DNA of 64,000 nt from Tissierellia bacterium. GTDB taxonomy: Bacteria > Bacillota > Clostridia > Tissierellales > Peptoniphilaceae. The notes beneath the pieces were generated by a model. That model saw nothing but the letters and a program-made list of their open reading frames with translations, was not told the origin of the DNA and did not search any database. Positions 20,253 to 31,680 of the stretch are shown here, in pieces. The stretch's first letter is position 1. Each line of letters starts with the position of its first letter. The stretch is taken from positions 17,973 through 81,972 of the forward strand of contig JAUNVW010000001.1 of the NCBI GenBank assembly GCA_030540635.1, in the 5' to 3' direction. Position numbers and translations under genes: made by a program.

Positions 20253-21644
20253 ATGTCAACATATCATTATGAACTTAAATTAAAAATCGCAAGAGAAAAT
20301 GAATTAGGATATGGAAGAAAATATCGATCTAAAAAATACAGTATTAACCTGCACACCATAAAAAATTGGTTAGCTCAATACAAAATGTATGGTAAAGAAG
20401 GATGAAAAAATCGATGTCTAAATCCAATTACAGTGGTGAATTCAAACTATCTGTATTAAAATATAGGCATAATCATAAATTATTCTACAAAGAGACCGCA
20501 GAATATTTTAATATCAAAAATCCATCGACCATTGCCCATTGGAATAAAAAATATGAAGAAGGGGGATTTGAATCTTTATGGGGTACTGTAGGAAGACCAA
20601 AGAAGAATGGAGATTCTGATATGCCTAAAGACACGAATAAGCCTAAAAAACTGGATAAATCCGAAAGAGAAGAATTAATTGAATGAAGAGAAAGAAATCA
20701 ATACTTGGAGGCGGAGAACCTTTATCTAAAAAAGTTAGATGCCTTGCTCCAGAAAAAAAGATCTCTAACAAAGAAAAAACAAAAATAGTACTGGAGCTAA
20801 GGCAAAAGTTTCCTAAGATAATGCTAAAGATTTGGCTAAAGATAGCTAAACTTCCTAGATCATCATTTTATGAATGGAAAGAAAAATTGAATCAAGTAAA
20901 TACAGAAGAACTTGAATTAGTCGATGTAATCAAAGAAATCATTTCTAAGTCAAGGAGTGATTATGGGTATCGAAGAGTAACTGTTGCGCTTAGAAAGAAA
21001 GGAATTGTTGTTAATCATAAAAAAGTTTTACGATTAATGAGAATAAATAACTTGTTATGCGAGAAGTTTCATAGAAGAAGTAGAGGATACAGTTCCTTTA
21101 AAGGTGAAGTCGGTAAAATTGCTAATAATATACTTGATCGAAGATTTGTGGTTAACAAACCAAATGAAGTGTGGGTAAGTGATGTCACTGAGTTTAAGAT
21201 ATATGGCTCAGAGATTAAGCTCTATCTGTTTCCAATTATGGATTTATTGGGCAGTAAAATTATTTCCTTTCGCCTAAGTAGAACACCAAACGTAACATTT
21301 ACCAACCAATCCTTAAGAAAGGCGATAGCGAAACTTCCATCTAATCACAATCTAATGATTCACACAGACCAAGGATTTCATTATCAGCATAAATCTTGGG
21401 TCAGCACATGAGAAGAAAATAAAATCATTCAGAGCATGTCAAGACGCGGAAATTGTCTGGACAACGCCCTATGGAAAACTTTTTCGGGCTTTTAAAGCAA
21501 GAAATATATTATGGGATTAAGTATACTAGTGTCGATCAGTTGTGTAGAGAAATAGAATGATATATTGCTTGGTATAACTATGATAGAATTAAGGAAAAAC
21601 TAAACGGCCTTTCACCTATTGAATATAGGCTCAAGACCGCTTAG
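20253..21644 (+). pseudogene. IS3-family transposase orfA/orfB, disrupted
   Basis: By my translation there are five lesions:
- a frameshift at the A-run 20404..20409
- an in-frame TGA at 20684..20686
- an in-frame TGA at 21409..21411
- a 1-nt loss in the C-run near 21467..21470 (NA-LWKTF instead of NAPMENFFG)
- an in-frame TGA at 21558..21560. Confidence 0.75.
20753..20760 (+). other. Slippery A AAA AAA G motif (programmed -1 frameshift site of IS3-type orfA/orfB)
   Basis: An A7G run sits at the orfA/orfB overlap. A shift of -1 joins ..LDALLQKK to KISNKEKTKIVLELRQKF (the orfB frame). Confidence 0.6.
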
Positions 21645-21704
21645 TAAAATTAGATATTTAATGTTCGTGTTTAAGGGTGCACATCATTTACGGTTCTTTT
21701 TATT

Positions 21705-23339
<1,635 letters not shown>

Positions 23340-23356
23340 TTACCTCCTATTTGAAT

Positions 23357-23647
23357 TTAACCTTCAACTACTGCCAATAAATCTTCATATTTAATGATAA
23401 TATATTCTTCATCATCAAGTTTAACTTCTGTGCCTGAATACTTCGAGTATATTACACGATCACCCACAGCAACCGTTCCTTTTTTTTCTTCATCATTTAT
23501 TATATCTTCACCGACTGCAAGAACTTTCGCTATTTGTGGTTGTTCTTTTTCCGACGAAGGAAGAACAATTCCTGAAGCAGTTTTATTCTCTTTTTCACTT
23601 TCCATCATTTGAACTACAATTTTATCACCAATTGGTTTTAATGTCAT
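23357..23647 (-). CDS. groS: Co-chaperonin GroES
   Basis: 96 aa, LKPIGDKIVV... typical of GroES. Confidence 0.95.
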   Translation of the reverse strand: MTLKPIGDKIVVQMMESEKENKTASGIVLPSSEKEQPQIAKVLAVGEDIINDEEKKGTVAVGDRVIYSKYSGTEVKLDDEEYIIIKYEDLLAVVEG

Positions 23648-23675
23648 TATATAGCCTCCTTAGTATTTTCTTCTG

Positions 23676-23702
23676 TTAGCACTCATCAAGTGTAACTGCT
23701 AA
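23676..23702 (-). promoter_or_regulatory. CIRCE operator (HrcA binding site)
   Basis: The minus strand reads TTAGCAGTT-N9-GAGTGCTAA against the consensus TTAGCACTC-N9-GAGTGCTAA. One half-site is perfect and the other has 2 mismatches. Confidence 0.75.
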
Positions 23703-23713
23703 CAACTATATCT

Positions 23714-23742
23714 ATCATAAAACAAATTCGAAAAAATTTCAA
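23714..23742 (-). promoter_or_regulatory. Sigma-A type promoter of groESL
   Basis: -35 TTGAAA, 17-nt spacer, -10 TATGAT, immediately upstream of CIRCE. Confidence 0.55.
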
Positions 23743-23858
23743 TACCTATTTTTGCAATTCAAAAATAAATATGGTAAAATTTACTTAGTATTAGATACTA
23801 GATAATGTGATTATTGTTATTAGAAGATAGTTCTTAAACATATTGTCAGAAAGCGAGG

Positions 23859-24509
23859 TTGTTTATGGAGAAGAAAAAGATCGAAAGTTTAAACATTATT
23901 ACCCATCTTTTAGGAGCAATCATTGGTGTTTTCTTTTTATTCTACACCATTTATCATCGACAAGAATATTCGACTCCTTTATTTATTGGGCTAATTATTT
24001 ATACCATAAGTTTTACCATATTATTCCTATCTTCATCGATTTATCATACATCTTTAGCACTACAATCAAAAAGTAAAAAGTATTTGAGAATCCTTGATCA
24101 CAGTGCGATTTATATATTTATCGCTGGATCCTACACCCCTTTTCTCGTGTATCTCTATCAAGGGAAATATCGTATTTTCTTTTTATCCATAATTTGGGGT
24201 TTAGCCTTATTAGGTATTCTCTATAAATTTATTACTTATAATAAATACGACAAGTATAAAAAACTATCGACAATTCTATATATTGCAATGGGCTGGATCT
24301 CTATTATCTTTATCCAAAGAATTTATCGAGCATTTGGTTTTCTATGGATTATCTTTTTCTTTTTAGGCGGTGTAGCCTATTCTGCTGGCACCTACTTTTA
24401 TCGAAGCAATAAGAATATTTACAATCATGTCATTTGGCATCTTTTCGTATTGTTAGGCGCATCTTTTCAGCTGATCCCTATTTTTTCTGTCATCATGAAA
24501 GGCGCTTAA
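23859..24509 (+). CDS. Hemolysin III / PAQR-family membrane protein
   Basis: 216 aa, 7 TM segments. Motifs SSSIYH, LDHSAIYIFIAGSYTPF and HVIWHLFVL. Confidence 0.85.
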   Translation: MFMEKKKIESLNIITHLLGAIIGVFFLFYTIYHRQEYSTPLFIGLIIYTISFTILFLSSSIYHTSLALQSKSKKYLRILDHSAIYIFIAGSYTPFLVYLYQGKYRIFFLSIIWGLALLGILYKFITYNKYDKYKKLSTILYIAMGWISIIFIQRIYRAFGFLWIIFFFLGGVAYSAGTYFYRSNKNIYNHVIWHLFVLLGASFQLIPIFSVIMKGA

Positions 24510-25363
24510 TTTACGCCAATTTTATGATCCTTGCCATAATAAAATAAATATTGCTGAGCATATCCTCCATAATTTCCAAATAACTCATAGGCTTTTTTTG
24601 CAATTTCTTTCCGAGGGATGGTTTCCTTTAAGAACAAGGATTCCATCACTCGGTGGATCCAAACATCTACAGGAAAAACTTCCATTCGATGATAAGCAAA
24701 TAATAAAATACAATCGCATACTTTTGGTCCAACACCCGGCAATTTCATTAATTTTTTACGTAGTTGTTTTGTAGTTAATTCCCTCCATCGGGTAAAATCA
24801 GTACATTCGGCAATAATCTTTGCAGTATCTATGATATAACGATCTCGATATCCTACCCTTCCAATTTCCCGTATTTCTTTAGCCGATACCTTTGCTAATT
24901 GTTCCGGTCGAGGAAAAGCATAAAAGTCCAATCCATTTCTATTTTCAATCCATTGCCCATATTCTTTACTCATGGTTTTTACCGTATTCTTAATCCTGGG
25001 AATATGACTATTGGAAGAAATAATGAAAGTAATGATCGTTTCAAAGGGATCTTGTCGTAATATTCGAATTCCTTGGCCATATTCTAAAGCTTGTTTTAGC
25101 GGCTCGTGAATTTCTAGTTCTTTCCGAATTTCCTTATAATCCGTTGCAATATCAAAATATTCTTTCCAAACTTCATTCCACTCTTTCCGCGTTGCTCCTC
25201 TAATATAGATCTTCTTCCCTTCTTTCTTAATGCTTATCACACGATCACGGTGAACCGTATGATAATAGGAACCATCATATTCCCAGTGAAAGGCTTGACC
25301 ACAATGGAAGATATCCCTAGGGATTAAATCTAGTTTATCGAATATTAATGTTTCTTTTTCCAT
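24506..25363 (-). CDS. ogg: 8-oxoguanine DNA glycosylase / HhH-GPD family
   Basis: OGG_N-like N-terminus (CGQAFHW) and the HhH-GPD motif LPGVGPKVCDCILLFAY...D. Confidence 0.8.
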   Translation of the reverse strand: MEKETLIFDKLDLIPRDIFHCGQAFHWEYDGSYYHTVHRDRVISIKKEGKKIYIRGATRKEWNEVWKEYFDIATDYKEIRKELEIHEPLKQALEYGQGIRILRQDPFETIITFIISSNSHIPRIKNTVKTMSKEYGQWIENRNGLDFYAFPRPEQLAKVSAKEIREIGRVGYRDRYIIDTAKIIAECTDFTRWRELTTKQLRKKLMKLPGVGPKVCDCILLFAYHRMEVFPVDVWIHRVMESLFLKETIPRKEIAKKAYELFGNYGGYAQQYLFYYGKDHKIGVN

Positions 25364-25435
25364 ATCTTATCCTTTTCTTTTATCAATTAAAAAGAGATCA
25401 ATATCTTGAGACATCGATCTCTTCTATTTTTTCCA

Positions 25436-26821
25436 TTAAATTTTTGTTTTTTCCGTTAAATATTCGTTCAATTTATCAATATCTATTCGAATCTGTTCCA
25501 TGGTGTCGCGATCTCTTACTGTTACTGCATGATCTTCCAAAGTATCGAAATCTACAGTAATACAAAACGGTGTTCCCGCTTCATCTTGCCGTCGATACCT
25601 TTTACCGATGGATCCTGATACATCCATATCCACCATGAAATCTTTAGATAATCGCCTGTATATTTTTTCCGCTTCATCGGATAACTTTTTCGTTAAAGGT
25701 AATATCGCAGCTTTATATGGTGCCAATGCAGGGTGAAGGTTTAAAACGGTTCGCTTTGTTCCATCGTCAAGTTCTTCTTCCTGATAGGCTTCGGTTAAGA
25801 ACATTAAGAATAATCGATCTGTTCCAACGGATGGTTCTACACAATAAGGAATATATTTTTCATTGGTAAATGGATCGGTGTAAATAAAATCTGCATCGGC
25901 TTCGTTAATATGTTGTTTTAGATCATAATCGGTACGATCGGCAATTCCCCAGATTTCTCCCCATCCAAATGGAAATAAATATTCAATGTCGGTCGTGGCC
26001 ACAGAATAAAATGATAGTTCTTCTTTTCCATGGTCGCGATATCGAAGATTTTCTTCTTTGACACCAAGATTTGTTATAAATTCGAAACAATAATTTCTCC
26101 AATATTCAAACCATTCAATATCGGTACCTGGCTCGCAGAAAAATTCCAGCTCCATTTGCTCAAATTCTCGCGTCCGGAATATAAAATTCCCCGGTGTTAT
26201 TTCATTACGAAAAGATTTGCCCATTTGTGCAATACCAAAGGGAACTTTCAAACGCATGGAACGTTGTACATTTCTAAAGTTAACAAAAATTCCTTGAGCC
26301 GTTTCTGGGCGCAAATAAATTTCTGATGTATTGTCTTCTGTAACACCTTGAAATGTTTTAAACATTAAATTAAACTTACGAGGTTCTGTAAATTCATGTT
26401 TTCCACAAGAAGGACAAGGTATTGTTTCTGCATTAATTATTTCCATTAACTCTTCTTCCGTTTTTCCATCGAGACCCTTTACATCTTCACCTTTTTCATG
26501 GTAATAGTCCTCTATTAAATTATCTGCTCGAAAACGCGATTTACATGATTTACAATCAAGTAAAGGATCAGAAAAGCCACCAACATGCCCCGACGCAACC
26601 CATACTTGTGGATTCATTAAGATTGCCGCATCTACACCGACATTTAATTCGGATTCTTGTACAAATTTCTTCCACCATATTTTTTTGATATTATTTTTTA
26701 GTTCTACTCCTAAAGGACCATAATCCCAGGTATTGGCTAGCCCACCATAAATATCCGATCCGGGAAATACATATCCTTTATTTTTTGAAAGCGCTACAAT
26801 TTTTTCCATTGTCTTTTCCAT
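25436..26821 (-). CDS. glyQS: Glycine--tRNA ligase (alpha2 type)
   Basis: I chose the start at 26821 ([21 protein letters not shown]). The 16-codon extension in the ORF track covers the T-box terminator. Class II motifs are present ([25 protein letters not shown]). Confidence 0.92.
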   Translation of the reverse strand: MEKTMEKIVALSKNKGYVFPGSDIYGGLANTWDYGPLGVELKNNIKKIWWKKFVQESELNVGVDAAILMNPQVWVASGHVGGFSDPLLDCKSCKSRFRADNLIEDYYHEKGEDVKGLDGKTEEELMEIINAETIPCPSCGKHEFTEPRKFNLMFKTFQGVTEDNTSEIYLRPETAQGIFVNFRNVQRSMRLKVPFGIAQMGKSFRNEITPGNFIFRTREFEQMELEFFCEPGTDIEWFEYWRNYCFEFITNLGVKEENLRYRDHGKEELSFYSVATTDIEYLFPFGWGEIWGIADRTDYDLKQHINEADADFIYTDPFTNEKYIPYCVEPSVGTDRLFLMFLTEAYQEEELDDGTKRTVLNLHPALAPYKAAILPLTKKLSDEAEKIYRRLSKDFMVDMDVSGSIGKRYRRQDEAGTPFCITVDFDTLEDHAVTVRDRDTMEQIRIDIDKLNEYLTEKTKI

Positions 26822-26848
26822 TTTGTCCTCCTTATTTATCTTATCATT

Positions 26849-27054
26849 AAAAAAACTTCCATCCGGCACTACTGCCAGGGACGAAAGTTTTCCGCGGTTC
26901 CACCCTGATTATGATTGTATCATCGCTTTATTTTTTAATAACTCAGCGGCTCCCCTCTTATATTAATTGTCTCTTCTCAGCAATCAAGACTCTCTGTGAT
27001 CTCCCATAAGATTTTTCCGCTTCTTCGTTACTATTAAATTTTGATAACTCTTTA
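26849..27054 (-). promoter_or_regulatory. T-box riboswitch leader (glycine-specific) with terminator
   Basis: T-box sequence AATCAGGGTGGAACCGCGG (complement of 26892..26910). AGAGA box in stem I. The specifier region TAAGAGGGGAGCCGC aligns with the B. subtilis glyQS TAAGAAGGCACTTCG, giving a GGN glycine codon. A terminator hairpin with a T7 run ends near 26849. The promoter is TTGCCA-17-TATGAT at 27061..27089. Confidence 0.82.
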
Positions 27055-27111
27055 TTTACTATCATATAGTAAATCTCACATTTTGGCAAGATCTACATGA
27101 TATTATTTATT

Positions 27112-27690
27112 TTATAAAAAACTTAATTGGACATCTGATTTATTTTCAATTATAAAATTCGGTTGTAAATTCATTAATTTTTGTTGCAAATTTTTAGGTT
27201 TTTTTGAGTACAAATACTCTTCTTCTAAATTTTGTGGAACGATGATTGGCATTCGATGATGTATTGATTGGATCTTTCCCTTTGCTTCTGTTGTCAATAA
27301 ACTAATCTCTTTTCGACCTTTTCTTCTTCCAATAGCAGCTAAGGAAAAAATTGGACGTTCTACTGAAATCTGGTATTTATCTTTTCCTGATACGGTATTT
27401 TTCCATTCAAAAAATGATGTTGCCGGAACCAATATCCGATCCTTTTCAAAATCATCTTTAAAAAACTTTGATTCATATATTTTTTCAATGCGGGAATTAA
27501 TGATTTTGCGCTTCATAAAGTCAACGGTAATTCCCCAATAATATTCTTCCAATCTTTCATTCTTAGAAAAACCTTGAATTTTTGTGCCAGGAAATATCTC
27601 TTCTGAACACTTGAATGTTGATATTTTAAATAAAGGATACCGCTTTATTACTCCACGACGATCTGTATCTAAGCTAAAACGTCCACACAT
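27112..27690 (-). CDS. SOS response-associated peptidase (SRAP/YedK family; abasic-site DNA-protein crosslink protein)
   Basis: N-terminal MCGRF with catalytic Cys2, SFFEW, and HHRMPII. Confidence 0.85.
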   Translation of the reverse strand: MCGRFSLDTDRRGVIKRYPLFKISTFKCSEEIFPGTKIQGFSKNERLEEYYWGITVDFMKRKIINSRIEKIYESKFFKDDFEKDRILVPATSFFEWKNTVSGKDKYQISVERPIFSLAAIGRRKGRKEISLLTTEAKGKIQSIHHRMPIIVPQNLEEEYLYSKKPKNLQQKLMNLQPNFIIENKSDVQLSFL

Positions 27691-27708
27691 GGAAATTCCT
27701 CCCGAATA

Positions 27709-27737
27709 TTGATTTTGAACATATGTTCTGGTATAAT
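27709..27737 (+). promoter_or_regulatory. Promoter of the Y-family polymerase gene with an embedded LexA (Cheo) box
   Basis: -35 TTGATT (27709..27714), 17-nt spacer, extended -10 TGgTATAAT (TATAAT at 27732..27737). GAACATATGTTC at 27717..27728 is a perfect GAAC-N4-GTTC core. Confidence 0.7.
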
Positions 27738-27755
27738 TATTTCAGAGGTGATTAC

Positions 27756-28991
27756 ATGAAATATTATTTTCATATTGATGTCAATAGCGCTTATTTGTCA
27801 TGGCAGGCTGCCTACATGTTATCTCAAGGATATCCCCAAGATATCCGTAAGTTTCCGTCGGTCATTGGTGGTGATCAACGGAAACGAAAAGGTATTGTTC
27901 TTGCAAAATCCATTCCTGCAAAAAAATATAATATTCAAACAGGAGAATCTTTGCACGAGGCCAAAAGGAAATGCCCCGTTCTGCAAATTTTCCCTCCAAA
28001 TTATCAATTATACATGCAGGCCTCCCAAGCCATGGTAGATTTATTATATCATTATAGTCCGAATATTCAAAGATTTTCCATTGATGAGGTCTTTTTAGAT
28101 CTTTATGGCGATGTAAAAGAAGTTTTAAATATCGCAGAGAATATTCTCTGGGATATCGAGTCTAAATTAGGGTTTACAGTAAATATTGGTATTAGCGAAA
28201 ATAAATTATTGGCAAAAATGGCTTCTGATTTTAAAAAACCAAATCAAATTCATACTCTATTTAAAGATGAGATATCAAAAAAAATGTGGCCATTACCCGT
28301 AGAGAAATTATTCATGGTAGGTTCTCGTACGAAAAGAAAATTAAATTCTCGAGGAATACGAAGCATCGGTGATCTCGCTAATCTTTCCGGAGATTATATT
28401 TATGATTGGCTGAAAAAACCAGGTCTTACCATTTGGAATTACGCCAATGGTCGAGAAGATAGTACGATAACAATTGATCGCGCCCCTGTAAAAAGTCTGG
28501 GAAATTCAACAACTACTCCTTATGATATTACAACAACACGAGAGGCAGAGATGTTTTTACTTGCCATTAGTGAAAAATTGGCTATGCGATTACGTAGTAT
28601 CCATAAACGCGCCCAGGTTATTTCTGTGAGAATATCCGATCACGAATTTATATCTTATCGAAAGGAGCAAAAAATACCAATTGCCACCCATAACACCAAT
28701 CGAATCTATCAAATAGCGCGTCAACTTTTCCACGAAATCTTCCCCCATAAGCCAATTCGTCGGTTCTCCATCGGCGTATCATCTTTTATTTGCGATGAAC
28801 AGTTACAATTATCTTTTTTTCATCAAGATGATGCTGATTTTGAAAAGTTAGATTTGAAAATAGATCAATTACGCAATGAATATGGCCATCGTATTCTTCA
28901 GCGATCTATTTTTCTACATTCGGGCATTGCCCCCATAATCGGTGGTGTTCTTGAAGAAGAAGAGTACTTGTTGATGACCAGCGTATTATAA
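27756..28991 (+). CDS. Y-family (translesion) DNA polymerase, ImpB/UmuC/PolY-like
   Basis: Start at 27756 (MKYYFHIDVNSAYLSW, RBS AGAGGTG). The ORF-track ATG at 27723 lies inside the operator/promoter. Catalytic motifs are HIDVNSAY and SIDEVFLD. Confidence 0.88.
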   Translation: MKYYFHIDVNSAYLSWQAAYMLSQGYPQDIRKFPSVIGGDQRKRKGIVLAKSIPAKKYNIQTGESLHEAKRKCPVLQIFPPNYQLYMQASQAMVDLLYHYSPNIQRFSIDEVFLDLYGDVKEVLNIAENILWDIESKLGFTVNIGISENKLLAKMASDFKKPNQIHTLFKDEISKKMWPLPVEKLFMVGSRTKRKLNSRGIRSIGDLANLSGDYIYDWLKKPGLTIWNYANGREDSTITIDRAPVKSLGNSTTTPYDITTTREAEMFLLAISEKLAMRLRSIHKRAQVISVRISDHEFISYRKEQKIPIATHNTNRIYQIARQLFHEIFPHKPIRRFSIGVSSFICDEQLQLSFFHQDDADFEKLDLKIDQLRNEYGHRILQRSIFLHSGIAPIIGGVLEEEEYLLMTSVL

Positions 28992-28998
28992 GGAGGTA

Positions 28999-29265
28999 AT
29001 GATGAAAATTATGATGAAGAAAATCTCGATGATTGCACTTTTTCATAATAAAGAATGTCCCATTCCTTTAAAATTCGGTATTCTTCGGCCAAATAAAGAA
29101 CCGTTTTATTTACGGGTTGGGAGTATTATTCACTGGGAATACGAAAAAAAAGCAGGTATTCCTGCTTATTTGTTTCAATGTGTCAGTATTATCGATCATC
29201 GGGAAATTCGATATGAATTAAAATTTATTATTCCGTCCTCGTGCTGGTATCTCTATAAAATATAA
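28999..29265 (+). CDS. Hypothetical 88-aa protein coupled to the Y-family polymerase
   Basis: RBS AAGGAGG overlaps the polymerase stop. No recognisable family. A terminator follows directly. Confidence 0.45.
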   Translation: MMKIMMKKISMIALFHNKECPIPLKFGILRPNKEPFYLRVGSIIHWEYEKKAGIPAYLFQCVSIIDHREIRYELKFIIPSSCWYLYKI

Positions 29266-29287
29266 ACTCCCTCTTTTGAGGGAGTTT
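29264..29287. terminator. Bidirectional intrinsic terminator
   Basis: 10-bp stem AAACTCCCTC / GAGGGAGTTT with a TTTT loop, between convergent genes. Confidence 0.8.
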
Positions 29288-31612
29288 TTAAACTAATGCA
29301 TATTGTAAAACTTCATCAATGTTTTTAACAAATTTAAAATTTAATTTCCGTTTGATATTATTCGGAATATCTTCAATATCTTTTTTGTTTTCCATTGGAA
29401 GAATAATATTATGAATATCATATCGATTTGCCGCCAAAACTTTTTCTTTTACTCCACCAATAGGTAAAACACGCCCACTTAATGTGATTTCACCAGTCAT
29501 GGCGATATCATGGCGCACTTTTCTGCCCGTTAATCGAGATACTAGGGCCGTCGTCATGGTAATCCCTGCCGAAGGTCCATCTTTTGGAACCGCTCCTTCA
29601 GGCACATGGATATGGATATCTTCTTCTTTGTGAAATTCTTTATCAATACCTAATTGTTGTTGATTCGAACGAATATATGAAATCGCAGCCATAGCCGATT
29701 CTTTCATGACATCCCCTAATTTACCCGTCAATTGAATCTTTCCATTTCCTTTCATTACATTAGCTTCAATTTCTAAAATTACTCCTCCAACTTGTGTCCA
29801 AGCTAAACCATTACAAACTCCTACAGTATCTTCTTTAATCAAACGATCATCAAGGATTCTCTTTTTTCCTAAATATTGTTCAAGATTTGCCACATTGACA
29901 TGGATTTTCTTACGATCATCCTCAACAATTTTCACCGCTGCCTTTCGAACTAATTTACCAATTGTACGTTCTAAATTTCGTACCCCTGCTTCAATGGTAT
30001 AATTATTAATAATCATTTTAATGGCATCTCGTGTTATGTGAATCTGCTCATCTTTCAATCCATGTTCTTTAATTTGCCTTGGAATTAAATATTGCACTGC
30101 TATTTTATATTTTTCTTCGTCGGTATAACTGGAAATATCAATGATTTCCATACGATCTAAAAGAGCAGCGGGGATAGTATCGGTGGAATTAGCCGTTGTG
30201 ATAAATAATACATCCGATAAATCCACGGGAATTTCGATAAAATTATCTGTGAATTCATCATTTTGCGCCGGATCCAATACTTCTAATAAAGCTGATGCTG
30301 GATCTCCTCTAAAATCAGATGCTAATTTGTCGATTTCATCCAATAAAAAGACTGGATTCATTGTTTCCGCTTTTTCAATTAATGTTATAATACGCCCGGG
30401 CATGGCACCGATATAAGTTTTTCGATGGCCTCTAATTTCTGCTTCATCACGTACACCACCTAAACGCATGGAAACAAATTCTCTTTTCGTTGCCTCGGCA
30501 ATGGATTTTGCAACAGATGTCTTACCTACTCCCGGCGGTCCTACAAAACATAGTATTGGACCTTTTAAGGAGTCCGTTAGCTTTTGCACCGCTAAAAATT
30601 CTAGAATTCGCTCTTTTACATCCATCAAACCATAGTGACCTTCTTCCAATGTTTTTCGCGCATATTTAATATCGATATTTGAATTTGAACGTTTATTCCA
30701 TGGGATATCTAAGATGTGATCCAGATAATTCTGTATTACATTTAATTCTGCACTTCCAGGGCTTACCGTTTCCAGCCGTCTCGCTTCTTTTAAAACATGT
30801 TTTTCAGAATCTTCTGGTAGTTTCAACGCTTTTATTTTATCGACATAATCTTCTGGCGCATCATCACTAAATTCACCGAGTTCTTTTCGGATGACATTTA
30901 ACTGTTCCCGTAAATAATATTGCTTTTGATTTTCATTGATTTCTTTATTTACTTTACGATTAATTTTTTCCTCAATTTTCAATAAACCAATTTCTTTTTG
31001 TAAAATCGAATGCATCTTAACAAGACGTTCATAAACATCAAAAGTACGAAGCAAGTCAAAATTATCTTCATCTTTCAAATTCAAATAAGGTGCAATGATA
31101 TCCGTTAAGCGACCTGGATCCTCAATATCCAAAACAGCCAACATCATCTCAGGAGATAGTTTTTTGTCCAAAGCAATATATTCACTACAATCATCAAAGA
31201 CTAAACGAATTGCCGCCTGCATTTTATCATCCATAGACAATTTTTCTGGTTGATATCTGTATTCATCAACTTCAATTGTTAAAAAGGAATTATCTTCTGA
31301 ATTATTTCGAATAACGGCTCGATGCAATCCTTCTACTAAAACCCTTGTATGACCATTGGGTAGCTTTAAGGTTTGTTTTATCGTCGCGATGGTTCCAGTA
31401 TTATAATAATCTTCTGATGTAGGTTCTTCCACATAAATATCTTTTTGGGTGGTAAGAAAGATTTCTGAATCATTTTTTAAACTTTCATCGAGTGCTTCTA
31501 AAGATAATTCTCTTCCTACATCAAAATGTAATACGGTTTGGGGAAATACCCATACTCCTCGCAAAGGGATCATTGGCAATGATTTTGTTGATATTTCATA
31601 ATATTCTTCCAT
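29288..31612 (-). CDS. lon: ATP-dependent Lon protease
   Basis: Start at 31612 ([19 protein letters not shown]). Walker [10 protein letters not shown]. Protease motif [11 protein letters not shown]. Confidence 0.93.
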   Translation of the reverse strand: MEEYYEISTKSLPMIPLRGVWVFPQTVLHFDVGRELSLEALDESLKNDSEIFLTTQKDIYVEEPTSEDYYNTGTIATIKQTLKLPNGHTRVLVEGLHRAVIRNNSEDNSFLTIEVDEYRYQPEKLSMDDKMQAAIRLVFDDCSEYIALDKKLSPEMMLAVLDIEDPGRLTDIIAPYLNLKDEDNFDLLRTFDVYERLVKMHSILQKEIGLLKIEEKINRKVNKEINENQKQYYLREQLNVIRKELGEFSDDAPEDYVDKIKALKLPEDSEKHVLKEARRLETVSPGSAELNVIQNYLDHILDIPWNKRSNSNIDIKYARKTLEEGHYGLMDVKERILEFLAVQKLTDSLKGPILCFVGPPGVGKTSVAKSIAEATKREFVSMRLGGVRDEAEIRGHRKTYIGAMPGRIITLIEKAETMNPVFLLDEIDKLASDFRGDPASALLEVLDPAQNDEFTDNFIEIPVDLSDVLFITTANSTDTIPAALLDRMEIIDISSYTDEEKYKIAVQYLIPRQIKEHGLKDEQIHITRDAIKMIINNYTIEAGVRNLERTIGKLVRKAAVKIVEDDRKKIHVNVANLEQYLGKKRILDDRLIKEDTVGVCNGLAWTQVGGVILEIEANVMKGNGKIQLTGKLGDVMKESAMAAISYIRSNQQQLGIDKEFHKEEDIHIHVPEGAVPKDGPSAGITMTTALVSRLTGRKVRHDIAMTGEITLSGRVLPIGGVKEKVLAANRYDIHNIILPMENKKDIEDIPNNIKRKLNFKFVKNIDEVLQYALV

Positions 31613-31635
31613 TGTTTTCCCTCCTCTTTCATTTA

Positions 31636-31667
31636 TGAAAAATAGAGGCGAGTTTTGCAACTCGCCT
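31636..31667 (-). terminator. Intrinsic terminator between clpX and lon
   Basis: 9-bp stem AGGCGAGTT / AACTCGCCT followed by a T-run on the minus strand. It overlaps the spurious 5' extension of the lon ORF in the track. Confidence 0.7.
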
Positions 31668-31680
31668 TTATATTATTCTT

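Larger units (their letters stand above)
20209..21683 (+). mobile_element. IS3-family (IS150-like) insertion sequence, about 1.47 kb, degenerate
   Basis: Imperfect terminal inverted repeats: TGTAGTGACCCCCTAAATCCGGACAT on the left, and ATGTTCGTGTTTAAGGGTGCACA on the right (TGT...ACA ends). Two-ORF organisation, with an HTH OrfA and a DDE OrfB (WVSDVTEF, HTDQGFHYQ, SMSRRGNCLDNA). Confidence 0.8.

Noticed and set aside
26822-26869. The 16-codon N-terminal extension of glyQS in the ORF track
   Set aside because: The extension covers the T-box terminator and its T-run, and AAGGAGG precedes the ATG at 26821.
27723-27755. The ATG at 27723 as the start of the Y-family polymerase
   Set aside because: It lies inside the LexA box and promoter. 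The conserved N-terminus begins at MKYYFHIDVNSAY (27756), which has its own RBS.
28999-29265. Labelling the 88-aa ORF as YolD-like
   Set aside because: The context fits, but the sequence does not resemble B. subtilis YolD/YqjX as I remember them. I left it as hypothetical.
31613-31660. The 16-codon N-terminal extension of lon in the ORF track
   Set aside because: The extension overlaps the clpX terminator hairpin (31646..31667), and the RBS GAGGAGGG precedes the internal ATG at 31612.
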